DNA of 62,935 nucleotides, filler included, from Craspedostauros australis (Eukaryota): NCBI GenBank assembly GCA_030167865.1. It is 5 parts of 5 records of this genome, joined end to end, with 100 filler letters (N's around TTAATTAATTAA, not from the genome) between each part and the next. Parts side by side here need not be neighbours in the genome. Positions count along the whole stretch, not along the records: positions 1 to 30,185 come from JALAGF010004994.1; 4 more parts are not named here. One strand, 5' to 3'. Position numbers and translations under genes: made by a program. The notes beneath the pieces were generated by a model that did not search any database, was not told the DNA's origin, and was given only the letters and a program-made list of their open reading frames with translations. Below, piece by piece: positions 10,428 through 22,412 of the stretch. Numbering within the stretch: the first letter of the stretch is position 1; each line of letters opens with the position of its first letter.

Positions 10428-12026
10428 ATGCCGACGGCGCAGGACGGGAAGGACGATGTGGTGGGGATGGTGGTCGAGAACTCCGGCAAGTCGGGCGAGG
10501 AGAGCGGGACCCCCAAGAGCAAGGGAACCGTGACATCCTCCAAGGCCGGTGGCACCAGCGCGAACAAAGCAGACGACGGAAGCTTCGAGGAGGTGATCGT
10601 GCCGCTGGATTGGTTGGAGCTCGGCGGGCCCATCGATGAGCCTGCGTTCGCCCTGCTGGATGGGCTGTTCGAAGACCCCAGCGATGAGGCGTCGTTGACG
10701 CGTGTGACCATCCCCATCACGCGGCTGCCAGCGGTGCTGGGGCGCACGCACGTGACGTCCGACAAGCACTTCTTCGGCTTGGGCCGCAACAAGGCCGTCA
10801 GCCGTCAGCAGTGCGTCATCTACTACCGCGATGCGGATGGCGGCCGCGTTGGCATGTACCAGGATCAGGCTGGGGCGTCGTCTTCGGATGGTGGCGCTGC
10901 TGATGCTGATGCCAAGGGCGATGACAAGACCGGCGACAAGAGCGACACCCTCGTCTACCTCCCCAAACCAGCGGACAACGGCGTGGACCTCCTGCTGCGT
11001 CCCACCAAGGAGGAGAACGGCGAGCCAGACCCGCTGCCCAAGACCGGCTTCTTCACCATCGAGTGCCTAGGAAAGAATCGCATTCTGGTCGATGGCATCA
11101 AACTCGATCAGGGCCGCAGCGTTCCCATCCGTTCCGGATCCACGATTCGCATCTCCAGCTACATGCTCTACTTCCTGCTGCCGACCGACGTCGAGCCCAC
11201 GAGGGCGCCCGAAGCGGTGCTCACCAAGCTCAGAAGGAGCAGCGCGAACAACCCCGTCAGCGACGATGAAAGCAACGACGACAGCGGCAAGGGCGGAGGC
11301 ACCGACAGCGATGCAGATGGCGACAACGCTGACAACGACAACGACGAAGGCGGCCGTCGCACTCCTACGAACAAGGGCCCAACAGCGAGCAGCGGCAAGC
11401 GCAAGGAACCGGACGTGGTGCCATCATCCAACGCCGAGACGGAAGAACCCAAGGTCAAGAAGCTCAAATCCGGCCAGCTGTACCAGGCGGAGCTGGATGC
11501 GCTGCCGACGGAGGAGCTGCGGCAACGCATGACGGACGCGATCGAAGAGAACATCTGGGAACGAAAGCACCAGCTCATCGGTTCCACCGTCGTGGTGCGG
11601 GCCGTGATGGACGCAGCGCACTCCAAGACGATCCAGGTCGCCGCCAGGGACATGGGCGGCGTCACGCGCAGCCAGATCCTGGATTGGATCGCCTCCTCCT
11701 CCAGCTACAGCGTGTGGGTGACGCAGATGCTGTCCAGGATGGAGGAACGCTCCTACCAGGCCTCCATCACCAAGGCCCTCAACAAGGCAGGATACACGCG
11801 ACTCAACGGGTCGGGACGCTACGTGCGTTGGAAGCTTCCTGAGGGCATACCCAGTGCGTTGGATGAAGAAGAAGACGATAGTGTTGATGAAGTCGACGAA
11901 AACGAAGATGGAGATGACGAGAATGAGAATGAGAAGCAGCAAGGTGATGAAGGCGAAGGGGGAGGCGACGATGAGGATGGTGAGAACAGCGGGGAAGAGG
12001 GGAACGCAGACAAGGAAGATGAATAA
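10428..12026 (+). CDS. FHA-domain nuclear protein with a C-terminal winged-helix/forkhead-like region and acidic tail
   Basis: Long GC3-rich ORF. FHA motifs VLGR, KAVSRQQCVI, IECLGKNRILVDG, GSTIRISSYMLYFLLP; NLS-like basic patches. Confidence 0.85.
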   Translation: MPTAQDGKDDVVGMVVENSGKSGEESGTPKSKGTVTSSKAGGTSANKADDGSFEEVIVPLDWLELGGPIDEPAFALLDGLFEDPSDEASLTRVTIPITRLPAVLGRTHVTSDKHFFGLGRNKAVSRQQCVIYYRDADGGRVGMYQDQAGASSSDGGAADADAKGDDKTGDKSDTLVYLPKPADNGVDLLLRPTKEENGEPDPLPKTGFFTIECLGKNRILVDGIKLDQGRSVPIRSGSTIRISSYMLYFLLPTDVEPTRAPEAVLTKLRRSSANNPVSDDESNDDSGKGGGTDSDADGDNADNDNDEGGRRTPTNKGPTASSGKRKEPDVVPSSNAETEEPKVKKLKSGQLYQAELDALPTEELRQRMTDAIEENIWERKHQLIGSTVVVRAVMDAAHSKTIQVAARDMGGVTRSQILDWIASSSSYSVWVTQMLSRMEERSYQASITKALNKAGYTRLNGSGRYVRWKLPEGIPSALDEEEDDSVDEVDENEDGDDENENEKQQGDEGEGGGDDEDGENSGEEGNADKEDE

Positions 12027-12665
12027 GACGGCGCGAAGAAGATGTACGATCGTTCGCCAGTTGTGGCAGTAACAGTTGTTACGATGGCGGCATTGGCGAC
12101 AATCGCGATGATCAAGAAGACCCAGAAGATGATAGCTATCCTCTTTTATGTATTCTACAATATATTATTATACCAATGAAATGAGTCATTCAGGTATCAA
12201 CGCACAGAGCGATGTGCGTAGAGAGTGTGGAGTAAAGTAGAGTGGAGTAGAGTGGAGTAAAGTGGAGTCCTCTGAAGACGAACGTTTCGTCCCGTTGACT
12301 CAACTACAGTTAGACTACACTCGCCGGTATGGTATGTGTGGCGAGGCATGTCGTTGTGTGCCGATCTGTATGGCTGCGATGTCATGTGCTCTCGTTCTAA
12401 CGGAACCAAACCAACTCACATCACAAAGACGATGGCTGATGCAGGCACAAGGCAATCGGAGGTTGGCAGATACTATTTTATATGAATAGAATAGTCATCA
12501 GTCGGCAGCATCCTCAGGCGTCCACGCTCAAAATCGCCATCACGATGAGCACCGAGTGAAGTGTTGTACACGGCACGCCAAACCAACACAGAGGACACGA
12601 AGAGAGTGACAGTGAGAGACAAGGCAACGCAAGGCAAAGCAAGGCAAGGCAAGGCAAGGCAAGAT

Positions 12666-13865
12666 ATGGAGGCAGGAAGGATGTTGATGCCGTCGATAGC
12701 AATGCGGGTGGATGGCGCTGTCGTCGCGGGACTGGGTCTGTTCCTCTGCATGATCGTTGGCATCGTGCTGGCGAACAACCGATCGCTGCTGTTCGCAAGG
12801 CACGGGAGAAGCCACCGCCTCTTGGGTTGCTTGCATCTGCTCTGGATCGCGGTCGGCTTGGCGGCAGAAGTTGCTTCCAACCCATCTGTTTCATGGCATC
12901 CCGCATCCCAATCATTCCTCGGCGGCAGGCTCCGGATGCTCCTCTACGATGGCATCCTGGGAGTGCTGGGCATCGCAACCACGTTGACGGCAGCGAAGGA
13001 GTTCCCGCATCGGCTCGTGAAGAACGCGCACGGCCAATCGGGCACGCTGCACCACAGAGCCATCGTCACGCAGGCCGAGATGATCGAGCATTCCTTCTAT
13101 CAGGCGCTCAACTTGTGGCAGTCTCTCTGCCTCCATGCCATGGCGAATGTGCACCGCATCACGCCAAGCACCAACCTTGATCGCAGTGCCGTCAGCATCG
13201 TCCTGTTGTGGCTGTCGTGCGCGCCATGGTTCCTTCGGCACAAGTACCCGGTGCATTCCTTCAGCGCAAATTGGAAAGGGCGGCTGCATCCTCATTCACA
13301 GCCATCGTCATCGCCATCATCGTCAACAACAGCAGAGCAGTCGCACATGCTCAAGAAGGACGCAACCGCCGACACGTCGTCACCAACATGGGAATTCGAA
13401 TTGCTGCTGTATCGCATCAAGAAGATGCAGTACTTGTTCTACAAGCACGTCATTCTGCATGGCATCAACATATCCATGGCGGTGCTCTGCGCATCCAGCG
13501 CAGACGACGACGCGCGCATCCCCTACGATTCGTCCTGGAGGTTGTTCTGGTTGCTGTTGAACACATCGTACGTGATGGAATTCTTTCTGCAAACCTTGGT
13601 GAAGCGCCGCATGCTGTCGCAAGCACGGATGCTGCTCTTGCAGCGATTCTTGATGCTCATCGCGAGCCTCAGTGCCATGCAGATGCTCCTCCTCCCAATT
13701 CGGTCGCCATTCGCGAGCAGCAGCAGCAAGGATGGGACGATCATCGGGTTGGTCGGTGCAGCATCGTTGCTCTCCTTGATCGGCAACTTCGTTCATCGAC
13801 ATCATGACGTGTTGAATACGACCCTCATCGGCTCTCTTTTCATCCAATGGGTCAAGAGGACGTGA
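12666..13865 (+). CDS. uncharacterised multi-pass membrane protein
   Basis: About 400-aa ORF with many hydrophobic segments and conserved-looking stretches (EHSFYQALNL, KHVILHGINIS, YVMEFFLQTLVKR); start codon uncertain. Confidence 0.75.
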   Translation: MEAGRMLMPSIAMRVDGAVVAGLGLFLCMIVGIVLANNRSLLFARHGRSHRLLGCLHLLWIAVGLAAEVASNPSVSWHPASQSFLGGRLRMLLYDGILGVLGIATTLTAAKEFPHRLVKNAHGQSGTLHHRAIVTQAEMIEHSFYQALNLWQSLCLHAMANVHRITPSTNLDRSAVSIVLLWLSCAPWFLRHKYPVHSFSANWKGRLHPHSQPSSSPSSSTTAEQSHMLKKDATADTSSPTWEFELLLYRIKKMQYLFYKHVILHGINISMAVLCASSADDDARIPYDSSWRLFWLLLNTSYVMEFFLQTLVKRRMLSQARMLLLQRFLMLIASLSAMQMLLLPIRSPFASSSSKDGTIIGLVGAASLLSLIGNFVHRHHDVLNTTLIGSLFIQWVKRT

Positions 13866-14023
13866 CAGACTCAACGCTACTACCATCCCGGCGTCTCCAC
13901 AAATGCCAAATAACACAATACGAGTGTACTCTAGAGAGAAGAAGCATGCAATGCCTTGCGCGGGAAGTTATTCATCACATATAATTTGTACATACTCTGC
14001 AGTGATCCGCCTCCCCGTTGCTC

Positions 14024-16081
14024 CTAGTTTCGCACGATCACATCGATCAACTCATCCGATTCCATGTCATGGTCGGACGGCTTGGATCCCAAGTTCAAAG
14101 TATCGCCATCGAACTTGAATTCAATGCGCGACGATTTCTTCAGCTTGGCGGCCGCGCGGTACTTCTCCGGCATGGAGTGGAACGGTTCATGCGTCGCATG
14201 ATGGATCGTGATCTCCACGAGCTGAGGGCGTTTCTGACCCCGAACCTTCTGCATGCATCGCAGTCGCAATGATAGCATTGGACCGTGCCCTGAACTCTTC
14301 TTGTGGCCGTGGGTGGAACTGCCGCTGCTGGTGTGATTGGTGGAGGTATTGACCTGCGGGATCTGAATGGCCTTGCATTTGACATCCAGCATGTCCTCGT
14401 CCTCGAGCTCGCATTGCTGCGGTGTCTGCTTGGGCTGCAAGATGCCGCCATCGAAGTGCAACGTGATGCGCGTGGATGCGGGCAGATCATACTTCTGCAG
14501 AAGCTGATCTTGCAAGTGACGGAACGGCTCCCTCTCCTTCAACTTGAACTGATCCCTCTGCTCCGCCATCTTCTTCTTTCCGTTGATCTCCACCATCGTT
14601 CTGCAGGTGAGACGCAACGTCTTGCCAAAATCGCGGCCCAACGCAGCCGCAGCTAACTCCTTGTGTGCCATGGCAAGATCCCCCCGATTAGCATTGCCTG
14701 CATCGTTCTCGTCGTCGTCGTCGTCGTCACTATCAAGGATCTCGATGCTATCCTCCGCCTTGTAGTTCTGCGCCTGAACCAGGCATGCCGTCGCCATACG
14801 TGAGCGTTTGAGGAGATCCAGCTGCTGGTTGCTCGCGCCCTGCGTTTTCAATTTGGTAAGAGACACCCTGCGATCCTCATCTTCGTCCGAACTCGACTCC
14901 AACAGATCGATCGTGGAAATGCTCGCTGCATTCGCCGGCAGAGTTGATTTGGCAGGTGAGACACGCTTGCGTCGACCTGGAGATGATTTCTTGCGGCCTT
15001 TCCGTGCCTGGCTCCTCGTCTTCATCTTTCGCTTGGTTGCTGTTCGTGAGGATGGTGACGAAGTGGTTGTTGGTGATTCTGAAGGAGAGACTGTCGCTGA
15101 TACCCCAGATCGCGATCCTGCCCGTCTTGAAGATCTTCGTGTTTCGGAAGTGGTTGCTGGAATGCTGGCATCGTCACTTGACCTCATCTTGGCCGTTGCT
15201 ACTGCTGCTGCTGCCCTCGTAGAAGACCGCGTTGCACGCCCTGACCGTGTCCGTCTCGGCGTGGTATTCTCCTTCTCTGATTCGGCCTTCTTTCGTGCTG
15301 CTGATGCTCTTGATAGCGGTGGCGGAGAATCCAGGATGATGACGTCGCTGTCATCATCACTATCGCTGTGATTGCTGTTTTGCGAAACCATGGGTTTGCT
15401 CGCAGTGGCGCCCTTGCCTGGTTTCTTTCTGCCCAAGGATGATGGCGGGCTGCTTGATTTGCGTTTGCTCCCACTGGTGTACTTCAAAGCGTTGCCTCTG
15501 CCGCTGGCCGGTTTCTTAACTCTACCATTGCTAATGCTCTTTCGGTTCTCGCAATCGCAATCACTGTCACTGTCGCTGCTCTGATGATCATCGCTGAAGA
15601 GCTGCTTCTTCATGAGCTCCAGCTTGCGGAGGTCGCTTCGATTGCGACGCTCGGCCGCCGCCAGCTTGGAAGCCTTCTGCATGCTGGAGGGACCAGAAGA
15701 CAAGAACGAGGAGGGCTTGATCTTCGGTTTCTTCTTGTCTGCAAAGTTGGCCATCTCCGCTAGGTCGTCGTCATCAGAGTCTGGCCCATTTGCGGCAGCA
15801 CCAGAGTTGGCACCTTTAGTGGCAGCACCGGCAGCAGCTGCTGAGGCCTTCGGTGAGATCTTCATCTGGAACTTCTTTGAAGTCTTGCACCGAAACACTT
15901 CATCATCTGAATCAGAATCAGAGTCAGATGCTGCCCCGCCAACACCATGATGCAGGCTGCCATTTGTTGCAGCGTTGCCTTTGCCTTTGCCGTCATGCGA
16001 TTCATCAGTGTCGCTGTCCATGACGCCGCCCGCATCAGGACTCGACATGTACGGGCATTCATCGTCAGAGGAGTCGCTCAT
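14024..16081 (-). CDS. Rad60/Esc2/NIP45 (RENi)-like protein with two C-terminal SUMO-like domains
   Basis: Disordered S/D/K-rich N-terminus with SIM-like motifs (VIILDS, TIDLLESS, IEILDSD), then two SUMO-like repeats (LHFDGGIL..ELEDEDMLDV; FKFDGDTL..DMESDELIDV) with no terminal GG. Confidence 0.85.
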   Translation of the reverse strand: MSDSSDDECPYMSSPDAGGVMDSDTDESHDGKGKGNAATNGSLHHGVGGAASDSDSDSDDEVFRCKTSKKFQMKISPKASAAAAGAATKGANSGAAANGPDSDDDDLAEMANFADKKKPKIKPSSFLSSGPSSMQKASKLAAAERRNRSDLRKLELMKKQLFSDDHQSSDSDSDCDCENRKSISNGRVKKPASGRGNALKYTSGSKRKSSSPPSSLGRKKPGKGATASKPMVSQNSNHSDSDDDSDVIILDSPPPLSRASAARKKAESEKENTTPRRTRSGRATRSSTRAAAAVATAKMRSSDDASIPATTSETRRSSRRAGSRSGVSATVSPSESPTTTSSPSSRTATKRKMKTRSQARKGRKKSSPGRRKRVSPAKSTLPANAASISTIDLLESSSDEDEDRRVSLTKLKTQGASNQQLDLLKRSRMATACLVQAQNYKAEDSIEILDSDDDDDDENDAGNANRGDLAMAHKELAAAALGRDFGKTLRLTCRTMVEINGKKKMAEQRDQFKLKEREPFRHLQDQLLQKYDLPASTRITLHFDGGILQPKQTPQQCELEDEDMLDVKCKAIQIPQVNTSTNHTSSGSSTHGHKKSSGHGPMLSLRLRCMQKVRGQKRPQLVEITIHHATHEPFHSMPEKYRAAAKLKKSSRIEFKFDGDTLNLGSKPSDHDMESDELIDVIVRN

Positions 16082-16132
16082 GGTCAGAAGCCTTTGGTTC
16101 TGACTTCGGTTTGTGGTTGTTTCACTTTGCCT

Positions 16133-16185
16133 CGCTGTGGTTTGCTTTGCTGTGGTTTGCTTTACTGTGGTTTGCTTTACTGTGG
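16133..16185. repeat. 15-bp tandem repeat, about 3.5 copies, upstream of the Rad60-like start
   Basis: (g/a)ctgtggtttgcttt repeated. Confidence 0.8.
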
Positions 16186-17518
16186 CTGCTGTTGTGGCTA
16201 TTGCTGCGGATGTTGGTGGAGTGTGCGAACTCATGCTTCGAATGAATGGTTTGCTTTGATGCCAGAGTTCGCTGTTGCGTACTTCTCGTAGTCGTGCTTG
16301 TGTGGTGCGAGTAGATCGCACAAGCACTTGGTGGAGTCATCAGTTGTGGTCTTGAACATGAAACACTGTTGGAAATCAACCGCTAAATAACCGTTACTAT
16401 CTCGTTTCGAAAAAAGAAACGGTCGAGCATTTCAGTCCGTTTGGTCATTTTCAAACACACAACTTCGTTGACTTCGTGTTCGGATCTAGATCATTGGTGT
16501 GTCCCTCTTTGATTTTGTCTTGTGAGAATTTAACATTTGCACCGTGCACCGTCACTCTGATCTCTCCGAACACAAACGGAGATGCCAAAGGAAGCATTGT
16601 GTCAAATTGGATTGTGGGGGAAGTGACTTCAAGGAAAGATCACGTCTCTGGTTGGCTGCGGCTTCGAGTGGCGTGTTCTTCTGTCACGTAGTAGTATGGG
16701 CAGGACGATGCCAAAGATCTTTGGTCGAATAGTACTTCAACTCGTCGTGTTGCGTCATGTACATGTCCTTCCAAGATGGTGGCGATTTGTGTCACGGAAG
16801 GCTCTTTGGACGAACTCCAGTAGAGGGAGGAGAAGGTCGTGCCAAAGGAACACAGCATCCAGTACTCGCAGGACGGGTGACAATACGACTACATCACCAG
16901 CGGTGACGGTCGACTGTGGATCATCTGGTACTCAATGCGCCCCTCAGTATCGCACTCAAACAGGATCCATCGCCAACGGCGAGTAGCAGGAGGAGACAGT
17001 ACAGCTTCTTAGAGTGTTGAAGGGAGGGAAGAATGCGCTCTAGTTGGTGTACTTCTCGATGGTAGAGAGAGCAAGCAAACATTTCTCGTTTAGTCGTGCT
17101 AAGACCTGCGATCATCGCGGTTCGAAATTCACATTTGGTTCTTCGCACTTGCGTGGGACAGTCCGCTATGTTGCCGCACTCTCTTGATTGAGAGCCCGGT
17201 TGCTTCTGTGCCCAATCTATGTACATCTTCTGTGTGGATGTTTGTGTGCTTTTGTTTCACATTCGGCGTCACGTGACTCCTCTCCAGCAATCGTGACCAT
17301 CGAAGCGCTTTCCTGTATGCAGTATTCGCCATGCTGCCGCGCTCCAGCGACAGAAACCAATTTGGATCTGTTGTGATCCCGCATCAGGTGGGTACTTGTC
17401 ACTCGACATTCGTCGGAAGTGGTTGTTCAGCAGTGACTAGTGCCTTCAAGAGCTGTCTGTAGCCAAACAATTTGGCGATTTTTGGATATGTTTGTATGTT
17501 GCATGGGTTCTAACCCTT

Positions 17519-17669
17519 CCGAGTGAGCCGACCCGCACTTTGTCATGGGACTCAACATCTTTTTCTCAGATGTCCAAACCAACTACATAATCATAATTCC
17601 CATAGTCTATTTACAAATAAGGGTACAAATAACTTCCCGGTTAGACCTCATTTTAAGTTTTATGGGGCC
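17519..17669 (+). repeat. left terminal inverted repeat
   Basis: ccgagtgagccgacccgcactttgtcatgggactcaaca...ttttaagttttatggggcc; reverse complement of 24071..24221 with scattered mismatches. Confidence 0.92.
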
Positions 17670-19891
17670 GTCCAAGTTATTTTTAGTCGCGTGGGTCGAA
17701 CCCCATGAAACTCCTGTTTGTTTTTCAGAAAGTTCTTTGATGTTCCCGATTATTTATCGTACGGTACTCAGTCACGGAGACGACGTCGAAGATGTCGTTC
17801 GGTTGGTACGCGTTAAATACACGTTATCATGTGCCCCATGATCTCACATTTTGCTCGTCACAAAACACATCACACAAAACACATCACACATCCAACATCA
17901 TCGCCATCCGCTCACAACTTCGGAAATCATCGCCACTCTTTCGCTCCATTTCACAACTTTCCTCGCCAATGCCATGCGCACTCGCTCTTGTGTTCCATGA
18001 TTGTGCTTGCCCTGGTAGTGTTAGTGTAGTAGTAGTTGTTGTTGTTGTTGTTGTTGCTGCTGCTGCTGCTGTTGCAACCTGGTTGGCCTTTCGTCGCATC
18101 CTCTCGTTTCCTCACTTCGTCCTGGACCAGTACAGATCATCACATTCGACCGAATAACAACTATACTCAACAGCAAAACTACATCATGCGTCGCTCTACC
18201 ACCTCCAAGGCCCACTCCAAGGATGGCAACCCCTCCCCCTGTAAGAAACCGTGTTCTGCTCGCCCTGCATCTGCTCCTCCTGTCGATTCGAAGGGCAACT
18301 TGCTGCCTACTACCGAGCAACTGTTGCCTGACAAGCCGTCCGCTACGTTGAGGAAGCCGAGCACCATCACGCAAGTGATCGATGTGAAGCCGGTGCTCGC
18401 AGCGGATGGCAGCCTCATCCCAAACAGTACGCATGCGCACGCTCGCGAGCTGCATGTCTACGTTCACGTCCTCAACGACAACGGAGGCGCCTACGACAAC
18501 TCCAATGTCAGGGTGCGCTCGGAAGGACGAGGTGTCGGTGATGGTACGTTGGTGAGTGTTGTCATAAACGCGCCACCCCTGCCTGCTGCAGCTGATGTTG
18601 CACCACCTGCGGAGCCAACCCCTCCAGCGAGGCTTCCCTGGCGTTGCAACACTGTTGTTGCTGGGGGGCTACACGGATCCCTCTATTGACAGCGACAGCA
18701 CCTACATGGACGACGAGGAGGAAAAGATGCGTGCCGGCAAGTTCAAGGGTGATCTGACAGAGAAGGAGAGCTGGAGGCGTGATGCTGTGATCCGCGTGAT
18801 GGAGGAGCTCACGGATGACATCGACATGGATATGTTTAATTCCATGCCTCCCACGGGATTCGTGCTTGGCGGCCAACGTGACAGGCAAACATGGTGGGAC
18901 GTGACACGTGTATGGGTGAGTGTGGTTACTGTACTCTGGGGTGTCTTGCTCCCTTGTGAAGAATTGCCAACTCGCCAGATGCAACAGGTGGTGGCATTTG
19001 TCCGTGCTCGCGTCGACCTTCCACCAACTACACTCGGTCCGAATCTATACACCCTATGTGTGAGGAGGGAAAAGACACTGGCTAACGCATCCAGGGCTGT
19101 GCTTGCTGCGTCTACGTCATTCACTAACAGCTCCGCAATCCTGTCTCATCACATGGAGACTCTTCCAAAGGAACAACGTATTCGTGTCAAGCCTGCACGC
19201 GCTACTATGACCCAGAGTCAACTAACAACCTTGCGACATGCTTTTGAAATGTTCAGCCGCGGCAAAATCATCCCGCCAAGAGTTCTCCAGTATCGTGTGC
19301 CTGCCTGTGACCTGTCTGGTGTGACGTCTTTCCTCATGACCACTGCAACATACAAGGCAGGTTTGAGTCACACAGTACAGTATGGCGGTGTCAATTTTGA
19401 AAATGTTCCGGTGTTCGATCGAGGAAGCACGACTATCGAACAACTATTCGACATGTACTCGTCTACGACCAACCGCCCAGTGGGAATTCCCGCTGCCACC
19501 ACCATGACTCACCTACTCACACGCAAAAGCAGGATCAAGACGGGGCTTTTTTCCTTCGAGAGTTACTTCTGGATGGCGACGGAGAAACTCAAACAGACAA
19601 TTTCGCGCCTAGTAGACCTACTGAAGGCTAAGTATGGAGCGGGCGGAGAGGAGAAAAACAATGACACTGTGGATACCAATGACGATGACAATGATGATCC
19701 CCATGACGTCATCGCGCAGCATGTGTGCACAGCCGATTCCCTCTTGCATGCACTCGAGCTTCTTGTCGTGTTCCTCAAATGGGAATTCACCACGTCGCAC
19801 ATGCAGCTTGAGTGCGACGACCCAATGCAGTCGGCCACATTTGCACTCACCACCAACAAGGAGAAGAAAAGGAAGAAGGAAACAACCACAT

Positions 19892-20578
19892 AGTTAGGAT
19901 TCGGGCGTAGTTGGCGGGAATCGGTGGAGGATGCCTCGTGAATCTGCCGACTTCAGGATAGCCGTGTGATGCAGTTCAAGAGAGGTGTACTGATTGAATA
20001 GTTGTTACTGTAACAATGAGTAGAAGAGTGCTTTGTAGCTAATCCTTGTCTGGTATATTATGAGTTAGCTTGTAGTGTTAATAGGGTGAAGAAACAATGC
20101 CACACAGTTTGGTGAGACCCTGCACTGATGTACTTGGTTCAGTGCAACAGGGTAGGCGATCATTACAGTGCCTTGCTCTCCGTACACATAGACATATTGC
20201 AGTGTAGATCATGACGCATGTTAGTGACGGTCATGAAGCAGTGGCTGTGGTTGGAGCTGACCCTCGGATTCCATTACTTGAGTTGAAGCAGGTTGGATAC
20301 ACACGTCAAGACTACGGCAGTGGTGCAGTAGTCATCAGCATGGAGGGAATCGAGGTATATTGTAGTAGAAGGATCTGAGGAGCATATAGCTCCCAAGGTA
20401 AGGTGTGAGTCAGGTCAGTCATGTTTGAGTCATGATGGACTCGTGAATGGAGGAGAGAAAGGAGGAGAAAAGATGTGGTGGTCGATCAAGTTGGAAGATT
20501 TCGCGCCAAAACAAGAATTTCTCCCATCGGGGTTGATACCGTGTTCGGTAATAGTCTGTCCCTTATTGAATCTCAACT
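19892..20578 (-). mobile_element. solo LTR (family A), 687 bp, 5-bp TSD CACAT
   Basis: CACAT at 19887-19891 and 20579-20583. Ends AGTTAGGATTC / GAATCTCAACT form an imperfect inverted repeat. Homologous to 9180..9895. Confidence 0.88.
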
Positions 20579-22412
20579 CACATCAACCAATCAACGCAAA
20601 CCACGCACCAACAAGCACAAGCGCAAGAAGAACACCACCATCACAAACGATACTCCAACCATCCCAAATGACATTTCTCCCACCCCCGCAAGCGAACAAC
20701 CATGTAAAGTATGCAACCGTTGTGGAGCAGCAATGCGATTTGTGGATGATTGTTTTGTCCCTTTTGTCACAATGCATAAGGACAACGAACTCACAGAACA
20801 CAAAGACAAGTTGCAATCAATGCTTGCAGCGGCACCGGGATTTGTCATCGAAATTGTTAATTACATGTCTCACAAAGTGCGTGCCAAAGTGTAATTCGGA
20901 CAAATTGCCTTTTATCAATCCGAGCTGAACAACAAGCCTCAAAGAGCCTATGTGGTACTCGACCATAAGCAAAAAATCTACCAATAGGCCAAGGCAAAGC
21001 CCAACAAGAATATTGGGGGAAAGGGGATGTCACTGCTTGGGGCAATGGCCATCACATGTCACAATGACATTTTTACTTATAGGTTCATCAACAGTGTGGT
21101 TGGTGGAAGACTGACACAAGACACTCTTCAAGTTGGTGGACTGCTTGACATCGTGCAAAAAGGTCAAAGACATTCTCCCATCCGTGACTGAAATCGTCCT
21201 ACAGAGCGATAACACATGTTGCTTTGCCAGTCACAAGCACATCGCGCTCATCACATCGGTACTCAACAAGAGCCTCAGGCAACGAAACGCGGCCAAAATC
21301 ATCGTGTGGATCTACACGGAGGCCCAAACCGGTAAGAGCATGCTGGACACCCACTTCGCGTTCATCACCCGTGTGCTGCAAAAATACGTGCAAAGTGGAC
21401 GTGGCATCAAGACCCCATCCCGACCCTTCCTCGCGCTTCAAGCCGGTAGCATCGCAGGTACAACAACGGTACTAGTCAACGCGTCACTCCTCCAAGGCAA
21501 CATCACGACGTTTCCAGGCGCACCAAAAAGATGATTCCACGCAAGTGGACAACAGGTACGTCAGACTCATGAGCTGAAGTACAACAATGACCAGGCACAA
21601 CTGGTGGCCGCGTCTGGCATCATGGAAGACGTCGTGGTGAAGAGTGCCGAATGGGAAGCCTGGAGCATCAACGAGCTGAGTGTCATCGATTGTAGAACGT
21701 TCACGTCCGACAAGCCGGCAATTACGTCCGAATCATTCAGGAAGACGGACAAGACGCGCAAAATGGGCCGCACAGCGGCGGAGAGCAAGGGGTTGGTGTT
21801 CGGAAAAGCCATCGAAGATGCACAAGGACAGGTGCCACCTGATCGCACCGTGAAGTTACGCGACCAGACCGCGGAAACAGAACACCCACCACTCGCGGTA
21901 CAAGGCTGGACGAGCAAAACAACGCGCAAACCAGCGGAACTACCGGGCTACATCGTGATGGAATTGAAGGGCATCTGTGAAGCGTCCGCAAAGGATCCAA
22001 AAAACAGACCATCCAAACACGAAGCACATGAGCAACTGATGAACAACGACAGAACCAATACTGACTGGTACGTCCAACTGCATGCTCACCCCGTGCACAT
22101 CAAAGCATCGCTGTTTGCAGCATACAACGCCAAACAACGCAAACAAAAGAAGGAGGCTGTCCTCGCCAAGATGAAAACCAACACAACAAGCAGAGCAACA
22201 GCAACAGCAACAACATCCATAATCGTGGCAACCCCCAATGTGCCAGGCGGGACAGAGGAGGAACGGAGAGAAGAAGAGTTGCAGAGAGAAGAGGAAGAAC
22301 TGGACCATCAGATGTGGTGCGATGCTCACACAATGAAGACGAACGCAGAAAGTGAGGCTGTGTTGGATGATGATGAGACAAAAATTTGTGATGGGTGCGC
22401 ATCGCCGCAATA

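Noticed and set aside
16640..17400. Short ORFs between the Rad60-like gene and the Sola TIR
   Set aside because: No recognisable motif or splice-consistent model.
17685..17711. tRNA gene suggested by the T-arm-like cgtgggtcgaacccca
   Set aside because: No D arm, anticodon arm or acceptor stem can be built.
18036..18075. Poly-Leu signal peptide at the start of ORF 18036..18689
   Set aside because: It is the translation of a (GTT)n(GCT)n microsatellite from a non-ATG start.
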